A DNA stretch of 64,000 nt from Cyanidioschyzon merolae (taxonomy: Eukaryota): the NCBI GenBank assembly GCA_000091205.1, contig AP006490.2; one strand, given 5' to 3'. Under the pieces are notes generated by a model. That model saw only the letters and a list, made by a program, of their open reading frames with translations, did not search any database and had not been told where the DNA came from. Shown here piece after piece: positions 22,226-34,100 of this stretch. The position numbers and the translations under genes are program-made. Every line of letters starts with the position of its first letter. Positions within the stretch are counted from its first letter, which is position 1.

Positions 22226-25200
22226 CTACGCTGACGTGGACTCGGAGCTATCACCATCGGCCTGCAACCGCATATGCGGACCGTTCCATACACAATGCAT
22301 CACCAGCTGCTGGTTATACTTCAAATCCAGCAGCAACTTGGGAGAAACGAGCAGCGTCTGCGGAAACTGAGACGAGGCGTCGTCCGAGACTTGTGCCTCT
22401 TCCATCATCATCTGGATGATCGCCCGTTCATTGTGAGGGTCCATCCCTTGGTTGATTTCATCGATCACGCGTATCGGAGGACGTGCATGACGCTGCATGG
22501 CCAACAAGAACAGCATGGTGGCGACCATTTTCTCCCCGCCCGAATGATGCTGTGCGGAGAGCGTTCGAAGCGGTTCATTCGCCCGAAACTGGACCTGAAT
22601 CCGCAACGCGAGGCGCCGAAGCTCCTCGTCCTCAAGCAGGTCCACTTGTCCCGCACAGTGCAGTTGCTGCAAAAGCCGGCTGAAAGCAAGCGATATGGAA
22701 CGAACCAGGGTACGGAGATCACGTAGCCATCGCTGGGATTCCTGGTGGAGCTCACGAAGCGCAGTGGCATGCTGCGCACGTTCTCGTTCTAGTTGCTGGC
22801 GAAGCGCTTCGATCTGTTGCTGCCGTCGCTCATACACCTGGACGACTTCCGCTGAAACGCTGGTGAGGGCATCGGCCCGAGCCTGTGCCCGAGCGATGCG
22901 TTCATCGAGCTCCTCGACGCTGGTCGGGAACTGCCACGCACGGAGCTGCTGTTGCAGCGCTGCTGTAAGCGGTGCGACGGCTTCGGCCTCCTGGCGTTTC
23001 TGGCGCATCCTGCTTTTGGCTTCATCGACGCGCTGACGTGCATCGTCACGTTGTTGTAGGAGGGTCTGCATTTCCAGTGCAGCTGTGGCAAGTGAACGCT
23101 CTCCTGCGCTCAGCAGCCGTTGCTTATCGAGCATGAGCCAGGTTCGCTCAACGAGGGCAGCGATGGCGGCCTGATGCTGTGCAAGTTGCTCGGCACCAGC
23201 AATGACCAGTTGCGCATAATGGTGCGCTGCTTCCGAGGCAGCTCGCTGCCACCGTTTTCGTTTCTCGTCGTCCTTTGCTGTGTTCTGCAAGTCGCGCGCA
23301 ATTGTCTCCATGAGTGAGCGCTGCATGGTCAGTCGTTGTTGCGCGTGGCGGAGTTGTTTCCGATCCTCGAGCAGGGAGGCGAGCTCCTGCTGTAGACTTC
23401 GCTCCTGAATGCGTAGCGCTTTCTCTTGCTCGGCTAGAGCGGCGGCTTGGGCTCGCCAATGTGCCCGCTGGGCATCTAATTGTGCGAGTTGGTCGTCCAG
23501 CTGCGCCACTTGTCGTTCATCAGGCATCGCGTAGAGGCCAGCTCGTCGCCGTTGGAGCGCCTCTACCCGAATCGAAACTGATTCCGCGTTGTAGCGCGAT
23601 AGACGACTCCGGTAGCCGTTCTGCGGCGTGAAGACCGCATACACGCGATGCTTGAGCGCGAGCTCGCGAACATGTCGACCAGCCTCGGCATCAGCGACTG
23701 CAATCAAATGAATTGGTACAGCGTCGGCGAGTGCTTTTTTCAAGTTTTCCGGTGCTTCGAAACAATCGCTGAGAAAGGCACGTACGCCAAGGGGCTCCAC
23801 GCTCGCCACCGGGGCCGGTGGAGCTAACGAAACATCGGGACGCACCAACGCTATCGTATTGACGCGCCAGTGGTTTCGCTGGGACTCTTGAAACACGATT
23901 CGTTCATCCTCGGGATGCTCGAAAACGAACACCACTTCCAGCCAGCCCCCTAGTACCGTTTCCAGCACATCGCTATAGAAAGCGTCGCTGGTGCGAACTT
24001 CCAGCGGCAACGGACCCCAGACTTGACCTCGAAAGCGTCCAGCTTCTCGTTGTGCAGTTATAAACTGGTAACACTCGATAACTTGACTGTGCGGATTCCG
24101 ACGCTGTATCAGCGCGAGTCTCTGCTGCCGAATGTTACGCAGGCGATCGCGTTGGTTCTGAAGCTCTTGGAACTGACTTTGCAACGGAGCCAGATGCTGC
24201 TGTTCCAGGTTGCGCATTGCATCACTTACCGAGAGCAAGCGTTCGGCGATTTGCTGTCGCTCCCGTCGCTTTTCTTCGATGCGCTTCTCGAGTTCCGCTT
24301 CTGTCCCAGTACGTTGCATGAGCGCTGCAAGCTCCGTTTCCAACCGCTCGACCTTGTGCTGGCATCCTTCATAGTTGCGCTTGCGCTCGGCAAGGTCCTG
24401 GGCAAGGCGTGCGAGCGCATCATTGGCCTCATCGAAACGCGCTAGCGCCTCGTTCATATCGGCCTGCTGTTGCCGAGCTGCAACCGATAGGTCACTCAGA
24501 ACTTGTTTCTGGGCATCACGCTCGTGTTGCAGTTGCAGCCACTCCTGCTGCATGGCCCGCAGAGGCGCACAGAGACGCTCCCAGTCTGCACATTTGGCCC
24601 GGTACACACGATCTACGGTTTTGAACGCGTCCCTTGCCGCAATTGCCTCTTGTCGGCAGATCTCATAGATGCAGTACGGTCGGTAGAGGCGCATCTGTTC
24701 GATCTCTTGCAGAAGCGCCTGTCGCTCCTCGTAAAAGCGAAGCTGTGCCTCGAGCGCCTCATTTTGGCGAATCCAGTCTGCAAGTCGAGCTTCATGCGCG
24801 GCAAGACGACTAGCCCAGGCTGCACCATTCGCTTGCTGCTCAGCAAGCGCCTCGAATGCCTCGAGCGCTGCACTGCCGAACACTGCTCGAATCGTTTGCC
24901 GCAAAAGCTCCGTGGGTGTGCACTCGACCAGCTCCGGCACGCGCTCCTGTGGCAGAAACGTGCAGATATTGTCTAGCTGGATATCGTAGTGCGCACAGAG
25001 CTCCTCAATGGTGCGTTTCGAGACCGACTCCCCGTCGAGGGTGAATCCGCCACGACCATCGCGACTAAAGGAGCGTGATATGCGCCGTCGCGTGCCACTG
25101 GCATCCGGGTCGAAGAGTTCTACGTCAATGCGCGCTCGTTCGCAGCCGTGCTTGATGTAGGAGCTGAGCACTGGTGCTCTCGACAAGAGCTCCAGCTTGC

Positions 25201-26494
25201 CTCCAAGTCCGATGCATATTCCTGCTACAATCGAAGACTTGCCGCTGCCATTGGGGCCCACCACGAGATTTAGGGTCCTCCCAGGCCTAATCTCCATTTC
25301 ATCGAACGCGAGAAAATGGTGCAGTCGGAGACGCAGGAGTTGACCTCGACGCCAGCCCGCTGTCTCTTGCCCGGAGTGACACGATTCGGTCACTGTTGCA
25401 GCAGGGTCCAGTTGAATATGGCGCTTATCGCGATGTAGTCGCGGCCGCATTGCTGTCGTCGCCGTCGCGGCATCCGCGGGGCCAGGTTGCGATAGCGCAG
25501 CGCTTCCATGTAGAGCACTGCCTGCTGCTCTGGATGGACCACTGGATGTGACCAATCCAGTGGCAACACGTAGCGCAGGAGCTGGCGATACCTTCCCTGC
25601 TGTGTCCGCGACCTGATCCGGGCCAGTCAGAGTCTCTGCAGTAGAGCAGCGTCCGAGAGCCGCGGGCAGCGCGCTCGCCTCGCTGTGCGCTTTCTCGTCA
25701 TGAACGTCGCTCTCATCGTCGCTGCTTGAGGCAGCAGTAAGCGCTCGTTGGCTCTCGGGCCCGGTGAACGTGTTCAGTGCGGGCGGTAACGTGCGTGTGC
25801 TGGCCGTTCGGGAGCACTGGGGTATCGACTCCGGTGAAAGTCGCTTCGAGGGCGACTCGCTGCTGTCGCGCTGTGCGCGCGAAGCTACCCGCACTACTGC
25901 TGCTTCTGCTGTTGCAGCGGCGGGAACAGTAGATCTACCGTATGTGCTCGATGCGCCCCTGAAAAATTGTTCAAGCTCTTCTTCGGGCACTTGTGCACGT
26001 GTCGATGACTTTGCCGCATTACCTCGCTTCCGAACGTTAAGACGTGTCTCGCGTGTTCGTGGTGATACCTGTGCTTCCGCCTGGGAGCATTCCGCGCCTG
26101 TTGCGACTTGCGTTTTCGATGTATGCTCTGCCGTCGAGCGCCCGCTTCGAGCGGTACCGTGCTTGTGGCCTTCTTGTATCGTTTCAGGGGCGGCGGATGT
26201 GGGTCGCTGCTTGCGTTTCGCAGTAGCTTGCCTGTCCGAGTCCGCCGCGGACGTCAGGTCGGCACGACTGCCGTAGTAAACATCTACCCTCTTATGGGCC
26301 GCATGCCTTTCAGGTTCTTTTCGGATGTGCGTTCGCTTTCGGGACGGTGAGGTCGCCACAAGAGCGGGCTCGTGATCGCTCTCCGAATCACTGCAGAAGG
26401 CAAAGGGATCATCGCTTGCCGCAGTGGGTGACTCAGCGTCGATGCCCCGTCGGAGGCTGCTTTCTCGCCTCTTTTGTTGCTTTACCCGAGGCAT
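22226..26494 (-). CDS. SMC5: SMC5 (structural maintenance of chromosomes 5) with an unusually long disordered N-terminal extension.
   Basis: The track ORF starts at GTG (26584), and the first ATG is at 26494..26492. Walker A region: GQLLRLRLHHFLAFDEMEIRPGRTLNLVVGPNGSGKSSIVAGICIGLGGK. C-terminal signature and D-loop: LSGGEKMVATMLFLLAMQRHARPPIRVIDEINQGMDPHNERAI. Long coiled-coil arms lie between. About 400 aa rich in Ser/Ala/Thr/Arg precede the Walker A motif. Confidence 0.85.
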   Translation of the reverse strand: MPRVKQQKRRESSLRRGIDAESPTAASDDPFAFCSDSESDHEPALVATSPSRKRTHIRKEPERHAAHKRVDVYYGSRADLTSAADSDRQATAKRKQRPTSAAPETIQEGHKHGTARSGRSTAEHTSKTQVATGAECSQAEAQVSPRTRETRLNVRKRGNAAKSSTRAQVPEEELEQFFRGASSTYGRSTVPAAATAEAAVVRVASRAQRDSSESPSKRLSPESIPQCSRTASTRTLPPALNTFTGPESQRALTAASSSDDESDVHDEKAHSEASALPAALGRCSTAETLTGPDQVADTAGKVSPAPALRVATGLVTSSGPSRAAGSALHGSAALSQPGPADAATATTAMRPRLHRDKRHIQLDPAATVTESCHSGQETAGWRRGQLLRLRLHHFLAFDEMEIRPGRTLNLVVGPNGSGKSSIVAGICIGLGGKLELLSRAPVLSSYIKHGCERARIDVELFDPDASGTRRRISRSFSRDGRGGFTLDGESVSKRTIEELCAHYDIQLDNICTFLPQERVPELVECTPTELLRQTIRAVFGSAALEAFEALAEQQANGAAWASRLAAHEARLADWIRQNEALEAQLRFYEERQALLQEIEQMRLYRPYCIYEICRQEAIAARDAFKTVDRVYRAKCADWERLCAPLRAMQQEWLQLQHERDAQKQVLSDLSVAARQQQADMNEALARFDEANDALARLAQDLAERKRNYEGCQHKVERLETELAALMQRTGTEAELEKRIEEKRRERQQIAERLLSVSDAMRNLEQQHLAPLQSQFQELQNQRDRLRNIRQQRLALIQRRNPHSQVIECYQFITAQREAGRFRGQVWGPLPLEVRTSDAFYSDVLETVLGGWLEVVFVFEHPEDERIVFQESQRNHWRVNTIALVRPDVSLAPPAPVASVEPLGVRAFLSDCFEAPENLKKALADAVPIHLIAVADAEAGRHVRELALKHRVYAVFTPQNGYRSRLSRYNAESVSIRVEALQRRRAGLYAMPDERQVAQLDDQLAQLDAQRAHWRAQAAALAEQEKALRIQERSLQQELASLLEDRKQLRHAQQRLTMQRSLMETIARDLQNTAKDDEKRKRWQRAASEAAHHYAQLVIAGAEQLAQHQAAIAALVERTWLMLDKQRLLSAGERSLATAALEMQTLLQQRDDARQRVDEAKSRMRQKRQEAEAVAPLTAALQQQLRAWQFPTSVEELDERIARAQARADALTSVSAEVVQVYERRQQQIEALRQQLERERAQHATALRELHQESQRWLRDLRTLVRSISLAFSRLLQQLHCAGQVDLLEDEELRRLALRIQVQFRANEPLRTLSAQHHSGGEKMVATMLFLLAMQRHARPPIRVIDEINQGMDPHNERAIIQMMMEEAQVSDDASSQFPQTLLVSPKLLLDLKYNQQLVMHCVWNGPHMRLQADGDSSESTSA

Positions 26495-27239
26495 AGAGCA
26501 GCTCTCGACGGAACTGGAATTTCGTGCAACCCTGCTTGGAACCAAGGGGCAAGACGTAGAAGCGTGCCAACGACGCTGCTGCACTGTCAGGCACGAGGTC
26601 GCGCCAGCTCCCCAGGCACCGCAAGCGTGACGCTGTGTGCCCGAACCTTGCGATCAGCACCCTCGTAAGCTATTCAGCGGCTGCAGTACCTGAAGTTCCT
26701 CTTTCTGGAGCGTTCCGTAAACACTCACTGATGATCAACCGCTTCGTTGGAGTAAGTTCCGCAGCAAAACGCGCCAAAACGGTGTGAACGTTTTGCGCGC
26801 CGCTTTTGGCGCGTTCTACGACACCTGCTGAAAAGTGCGCTGTGCTGTGCTGTGCAGCGCTGCATACGCATAGAGAAACTCAAAGAGCAGTGAGGTTTTG
26901 AATACCTCGATCAGCGTGCTTTTTGTTCTTATTGGTTCGTATGTCAGGTATTGAACGAATGGGGAGCACCCAGTCGATAGGGAAAATGTCAAGGAAAGCA
27001 CTTGTGCTGTCACAGTTAACGAACGAGACGTGTCTTTGTTCGACCTGTCAGTTATTCAACGATCTGCGGGGAGAGGAACCATCCTTCTCGTTGTCCTTGT
27101 TCTAGAAATCGTACACCCAAAATGGAACCCTTCAAACTCTATTCCTATGAGTTCGCTCTTGCCAATTAATTCCATTCTATACGTTCTTTAAGACCTAGTA
27201 CAAAACTAGTCACAGGATGCCGAGGTTCCGTACTGCTGC

Positions 27240-27740
27240 TTCGAAAGGTGATGGGTAGACGTGAACGCTCGAAGCAACCGGTATAATTGTATTGGAGACC
27301 GTGCCATATTGAATGACAAACTATTGGCTTCGTCCTGAAATACGAACGCTTCGAATATGGAAGAAAGATGCTCATCTACCTCGATGAGACTTCATTCGGG
27401 GCAAATGGTACACCCTAAGACGGGTACTCAGAGAGCGACAAAGCGCTGTCTGTCAAGGACGTATAAGCGAGCGCTCGGATAATATCAGCTCCTGAGGCGA
27501 TACTGTTATGGCATCGCGTGCCGGTCACGGAACGGGCAGGCTGGTTCTGCCCCAACTCCATTTTCGAAGCACTCTTCGTGGCTTCTCCTACCCAGCTTCT
27601 TCACCCTCGATCATTCACGAATCCGCTTCTCATCACTCAAAAGCGGTCACGGAGTTTGCAGTTGCGACTCTCGTTGAGCTGCTATTCGTCCGAGCAAGTC
27701 CTTTCTAGTACAATGCAGTCCAAGGTGTCTTCTCTGTCGT
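27240..27740 (+). mobile_element. Decayed Tc1/mariner- or IS630-type DDE transposase remnant (pseudogene), broken by frameshifts and stops.
   Basis: Piecing three frames together gives ...WLRPEIRTLRIWKKDAH / MLIYLDETSFGANG / HPKTGTQRATKRCLSRTYKRALG*YQLLRRYCYGIA...SWLLLPSFFTLDHSRIRFSS...GVCSCDSR*VELLFVRASPF*. This parallels the DDE_3 consensus vvflDEssf...ygwsprGqr...kr.svigAis...vlDNasiHks...ielLflPPYSPDLNPIE. The two Asp-containing blocks are about 78 codons apart, and the third acidic position appears mutated. Confidence 0.45.
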
Positions 27741-28514
27741 CAAAAGACATTTTTGAGCTCACAGTCCAATGGACGAGTCGTTCGTGCCCCTGGCACCATT
27801 CTGTACCGAAACCGGCCCTGGACTGCTCGGGTGCTCCTCTGTTCGTGCGCATGCTCGAGTAGAAAGACGCGCTGCGGTCTGTAGGTATGCTCGTGACGGA
27901 GGAGTCACGAAAATGTACCCAGGGATTCGGGAATAGACACAGAGATGGGGTGAGCTTCAGTCGTACCGTCCACAAAGAGCGTCTGAATCGCGAAGCGAAA
28001 AGGCTGTCGTGTCTGGCCACGATAGTCATATCGTCCCGCTTTTTCGAAGAGAATGCGATGAAACCAACGGGCTTCGAAGAGAAAGTTCCTTCCCAAGACA
28101 GGACCAGGAGATACCGGAAGAAAAGCATTTGTTCCAGAAATATACGTCAGAAAACGTTCTTCAAAGCCCTGCTGCTAAAACACATCGACGGAGAGAATCT
28201 TCCCATAGATGAGATGCAGGCTGCCACTTAAGGATCGCATAGGATCCTACTTTTGAAAGGCAAACCTTGCTTCGCTCGCCTAGCCGCACCTCGTTCTCCA
28301 ACTGTTCGTAGGAACTCTGGACACGGGGCTGCCAACTAACCACATCTCTCCGGGATTTCTCGATCAAACTCTCGAATGAAAACACACCTGATGCTCGGTA
28401 CAGAGGGCTACCATATGGCCTGATCGAAGGATGAACGATGCCCAGCAACGCCTCCCAGAATACCTTGACACTTCGCTGCTGCACACCTGCGGCCAGAATG
28501 GCCATAGCGCAGAT

Positions 28515-28972
28515 GCCATAAAGTATGATACCATCCTCAAAACCCATATACGGGGCAAACATTGTCGCCATAAAGTATGATACCATCCTCAGAACCCATA
28601 TACGGGGCAAACATTGTCGCCATAAAGTATGATACCATCCTCAGAACCCATATACGGGGCAAACATTGTCGCCATAAAGTATGATACCATCCTCAAAACC
28701 CATATACGGGGCAAACATTGTCGCCATAAAGTATGATACCATCCTCAAAACCCATATACGGGGCAAACATTGTCGCCATAAAGTATGATACCATCCTCAG
28801 AACCCATATACGGGACAAACATTGTCGCCATAAAGTATGATACCATCCTCAGAACCCATATACGGGGCAAACATTGTCGCCATAAAGTATGATACCATCC
28901 TCAAAACCCATATACGGGGCAAACATTGTCGCCATAAAGTCTGATACCATCCTCAGAACCCATATACGAGAC
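28515..28972. repeat. Tandem minisatellite of about 9 copies with a 52-bp period.
   Basis: The unit ccataaagtatgataccatcctca[g/a]aacccatatacggggcaaacattgtcg repeats perfectly at 52-bp intervals (for example at 28567 and 28619). The array lies inside the AT-richer ORF-free island. Confidence 0.9.
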
Positions 28973-31119
28973 AATGTTGAACGCCTCGTGATGCGTTCCA
29001 CGTGCTCGTTGTATGCTCAGGCTACCGGCGTAGAGAAAGGGAGCGCTGATGGGAGGAGTTCTGTCTCGTGTCGATAGAAGCAGTTGACGAGCTGGCTGTG
29101 GAGCAGGCATCGAGATGGTAGCGAACCTGGAAGAGATGCCGTCGCAGCGACAGCGACCGTTACTTCAGATCCTCCAAGCTCATGGTGTTAGGTGCCGGCC
29201 TCGGAGCTACGCAAGTCGTATCCCGAGGACGGTTCAAATGCGACTACTGCCCTGCACCTTGCGCTATATCGTGCTCCCGAACAGAGCCGCTCAATACAAA
29301 TCAGAGTTTCTCCCCGCACAGAAGCGCCCTCATATCCTCTGGCGTATATTCGATATGGTTTCCATACGTAGGATTGAGAATCATTATATCACTGTAAACA
29401 GTTTTGTGGTGTATGGGTGCCTCATTGCCCTGCGACTGATCTCAACGATTAGGTGCGTAGTATTGCCACAATGTCGCGAAAAGGATTGGCGGAGCTCGCT
29501 TACGGTACCGCGTTCATATGGGGAAAATCCAAATAAAATCTCAGACACAACGGTGACCGACGGAATATCAGTTCGCACGCACTTGGTTGCACATAGGCCA
29601 AAGTGGACCAACGAGACTCATTTTGAACTGTGCAACGTAGACGAAGAGCAAGACTCGGCGTTGCGCGAGGATCCTGGGTAGAACGGCGTCCTGGTCGTCG
29701 CCGTGCCTCTCTTTTTAATCCAGACTACACAGCCCAATACCCGACGGCAAACCAGTTGGAGATGCTCGGCTTTTCCAGACCTATGTATCAAGAGCGTCGA
29801 GCATGATTGACACCAGCAGGTATCACAAGAGAGGGAATCACGGCATCGTGACCCTGTTATACGCTCTGAGCACCGTATCGTACTGAAGTGTATACTTAGT
29901 ACACTCGATCCAGAGAGAACGAGAGCATCTATGTGGCACGTGCGGACGCACCTCGGCAGACGTGTTTGAAACCGCTCTGGGATCGCCAACGATTCGTTTG
30001 TACAAAGGCCAGAAGTCCGCTTTGTCAGCTTGTTCAATGCCTTGAGAAAGGAAATGCGCGATAAAACTCGTCATTCGGATGTAGTCTACCGCGCTGGACG
30101 TGTGGGCATGCGCACGAGTAGCACGCCATTCCCCTCTGACGAGAGCGTATAACGAGTGCAGGAATCGATACTGTGCGATTACCCCTGATGCCTTCGAGAC
30201 GACATACAACCATTACGAGCACAAACACAGGACGAAACAGGTCGAGCACAAGATCGTGAAACGGTTATGGGTGCATGACCTGGTGTACTGGAAGCTGACC
30301 GAACCTCAGATATTTGAGCAATCGAAGGTGAGAGGCTCGCTGTGGAGCGATTCCACCTGCAACAGAACGTGCAAGCACTTGCTGTTGCGCGACTTGATCG
30401 CTTCGCTCAAAATCAGGAAATATCTCAAGTCCTTCCACAATTTCTCCCGGCTTTTTGTCGAGCAAGCTTTCGATAAAATCACTGAATACTCGGCATGCGC
30501 TTGGTGCTCAAGTGCTGCACGCTTCCGGTGAAAATAAAACAGGTGGCCAGGAGAATCAACAATGGATTCCCCCCTGGAGCAAGGCATTAATTGGGTACAT
30601 TCAACGAGCCAGAAAAGCTGGAGCGCTGTTCATGTATCCGTCGGGGACGATTCTCGTGGGCACTGTTGAACCGTCCTGGTAACCTCCAAGTCTACCATAC
30701 GAGTTCAAGAAACATGATCAGGATCATTCCATTCCATCCACACGTTCAACATCGACAAGCTAGCTTGGGATGTTCAGTTTACAATCTAGAAGAGCGTAAA
30801 CTATCCTGGATATAAAACTAGAACCTGACAACACCACACAAACAATGCTTTATGGAGTGCGCTTTTGCCAGATCTTGTCGCTTTGGAAGACTAGTCGCCG
30901 ATGTCCATTTCCGTTCGCAGCGCGTCAAGCAAAGAGCAGCAGACGTTTTCGGTACGGCGTTACGGAACGTTTCTTTGCTGGTCAGCTGGGCGGCAGACAT
31001 CAATCACCCTGTGACTGCAAATAGGCAGAGTTGCAGCGGGGAAGCACACGCGCTTCCACCTACAGGAGACCACAGACGGGACTCCCCTGAGGCTGTACGA
31101 GCCTTTGTACGAGTTCCGC

Positions 31120-34100
31120 ATGCAATCGGACGATGCAACGGAGCTCGGAAAGCACGCCTCTCACCAAGATCGAGAAACGCACTCGCCTGAGGATTCAGCT
31201 ACAAAAGCGCGTGCTCTGGGTACAGCAGCCGACCCGCTTGAGCGCTACAGGGCCCTGCTTAGCGACTCGCGAAGCTCGAGTTCCCGTCCGCCAGAGCTGC
31301 CTCTATTGCAGGAGCTCTATGGCGACGTTCACGCTGCCCTGGTAGACGTATGTTGTACGTTTCTAGACCGACTCGCCCGACTGCTCCAGGACGAGGCAGC
31401 TACGAGTGCGGCGCTCGGCACTGGCGAGGCGCTGCTACAGCACAACATAGCTTTACTCACCTCCGTTCGAGAGGCTCGCGCTGTGCTCCTGGATCCGGCA
31501 CAGGGCAGCCTCTGGTTTCCTTTGCGAAAAGCCTATGCGTACAGGTCTCGCCTTGCAGAGGCCGAAAAATGCTATCAGATAGCTGTGCAGGCGGAACGTA
31601 TCGCGAGACACCTCGCAACCCAAGACGTTGTCCACGACTTGACCTCTTTTGGCCGCACCCTCGCGTCATTACACGAGTCATTGGAGGAACTGCGACGCTT
31701 TCCGAGCCTCAAGGCGGCCACAGAAGAACTGTTTTCGCTCGAGGAGCGTTCCTGGTCACAGTTTCAGCAGGCCTGGCGAAAACAGCTGGCACGCTGGCTA
31801 GCCGAAATGCAACACCTGCCGAGCACAAACTTAGAAGAAACGGCTGTGAAATCCTATAACTGGCCTGGCATCGAAGTGTTCTTCCTTCGATGTCAGAGAC
31901 AGGCGGACTTTGTTGAGATTGTAGCCCGCCTTACCGCCGAAAGCATCGAGCAGCGGTTGCGAACAAACGCTGCCGTTGCACGAGTGGAAGAAGCGCTCAC
32001 CACGCTTGCCACCGAGAGCGCTCAACCAGGAAGACAATTGCGGCTCGTGTGGGGTCCGGGAGCGCTTCTCGCGGACTCGATGACAGCGACGTGGATACTG
32101 GGCGGCAAGGAGCAGCTCGAAGCGCTCCAGACGCTGGCAACGCATGTCCCCAGTGCATTAGAGCAATATCAGGAGCAGCTGCAGACGTATAGCAGGCTCT
32201 GGCAAGAACTGCTGGAGACCTCTGCTCCGGCAGCAGCGAGGGCGCCTGCTCAAAGTCCGACGACTGATACCGACTTCAAACGAGGCACCAGTGCGTCTGT
32301 GAGCTCCTCGCCGCTCGATGAGCGACAGCAGGCAGCGGCGAGCGACGCCTCCTCTGCGCAACAGCCGGATGCCTCCATATCCACCCGTCATGCTGCTCTG
32401 GTAACGATGCTCTTTCGAATGTCCTTATCACGTCTCTGGAATGAATTCACCCGCCTCGCGTCCCTGGATACTTTCCGTTCACAGCAAATCCTGGAAGCGT
32501 CTACAGCGCCAGACGGGTTCGCTCTAACCCCAGTGGCTGCGCTTGCTTCGCTCACACAGACGCTGTACCGCTCCGGTACCGAGACGCTGCGTTGTTTGTG
32601 GCACACGCTGGTGGTAACTCCAACCGACACGTCAACTGTGTCGACAGTTCGCAACGCACTGCTAGAAAAGGAACTGATTCGCGTATACGATCTCTGTCTG
32701 ATGCCACGCTTGGTTGTCGCTATGAGCGCAGGTCACGGTCTGCTGGCACCGCAAGTCCTCATGGAGGCGCCGCTTCATCCAGAGGGAACCGAAGATATCC
32801 CCGAGGTAGCTGCACTCCAGTCGCTTGCCTCAACTGGTGATGCATTCGCTATGCACTCGCCACGAACGCTCGAAGCACTCTGTGTCGAGATGCGGGCCTT
32901 ATGCGAGCAGTCTGCACAGCAGACGTGCTCGGAACGCACGCAGAACATGCGGAAAGCGACCCGTATCCTGAAGAAAATGACTGGGTTTTCAGTGAGCCTA
33001 CGTTTGGCATTTGGGCGTCGACTCGAACAGCAGTGGAAGGAGTGGCTTCCCCAGGACTGCGGTCTCAGTCTACTAGGTTCACTGCTTCCGGCAATGCAGG
33101 ATGAAGTGGTGCGTTTTCAGACATGGTTTACTGAGGCTTTCTGCAGCATGCTGCATCTAGTGCGCGTACAGCGTGCCGAGCCGTCCACCACAGTGCCTAG
33201 TCTATCACCGGGGTTGACGTCGAACGGTAGCATCGCCGAAGAGCGCTTGTCGGCGAACGATGCGAGTGACTACTCTCGAGCATTCCAGACCGTCTTCGAG
33301 GCGCTCCACGAATTGTTGAGCTGGACGCTAGATGTCGTAGCGTCCGTTGCACATCAAAAAGACGCCACACGACAGGTGCAGGAGACACAGCGGCTTGCAG
33401 AGCTTGTTCAGCTACTTGAAGACCAGCCGCTCGCTTTGCAGCGGGTTTCAGAGAGTGCCGTGTCTGCGTCAGCGTCACCGCTCGCAGTCCTCTGGGCACT
33501 AGCTCGGGATCCTGCGCTTCGGGACACCTACTTTGCAGACTGGAACGACACCGAGCACCCAGTAAGCCGTTCCGTAGAGCAGCTCGCCAGGAGTGTCGTG
33601 CCGGCGCTGGTCCAGGCTCGAACACTCATTCGGGCGCTTGGCGAAGCGCTCTTCGCGGAGACGCTGCTGCGGCTTGAAGCGACACTGCGACTTCCTGGCG
33701 TACACCCGGAACCCGACTACGATACCTCGCTGGATCTTCCGGCACTCTCCGAGCATCCCAGTGAAGCGATGATTGCCTTCGGGGAACGTCTGTTGGCCTT
33801 ACCATCGCTGCTGGAACCGGTATTGTCCAATGTGCGGAGTGTTGTGCATTTGCGTTGCCTGACACTGCCCCTGTCGCTGCCCGACGATACCGCGATGCAG
33901 AGCAACTGGGAGGCTCATATGCAGCGTATCGTTGGGCAAGTATACCGCGATTCGAGGGATATGGAACGATCGCCACGGGGATCTGGTACGAGCATCGAAC
34001 TCGCCACTGCAGCGCGATCCTGGCTGCTCTGTATGCTGACACCGCTCACCGAGAGGGCGTTTAGGGCATTGCGGGGCGCAGAGACTGAACCCTCGTTATC

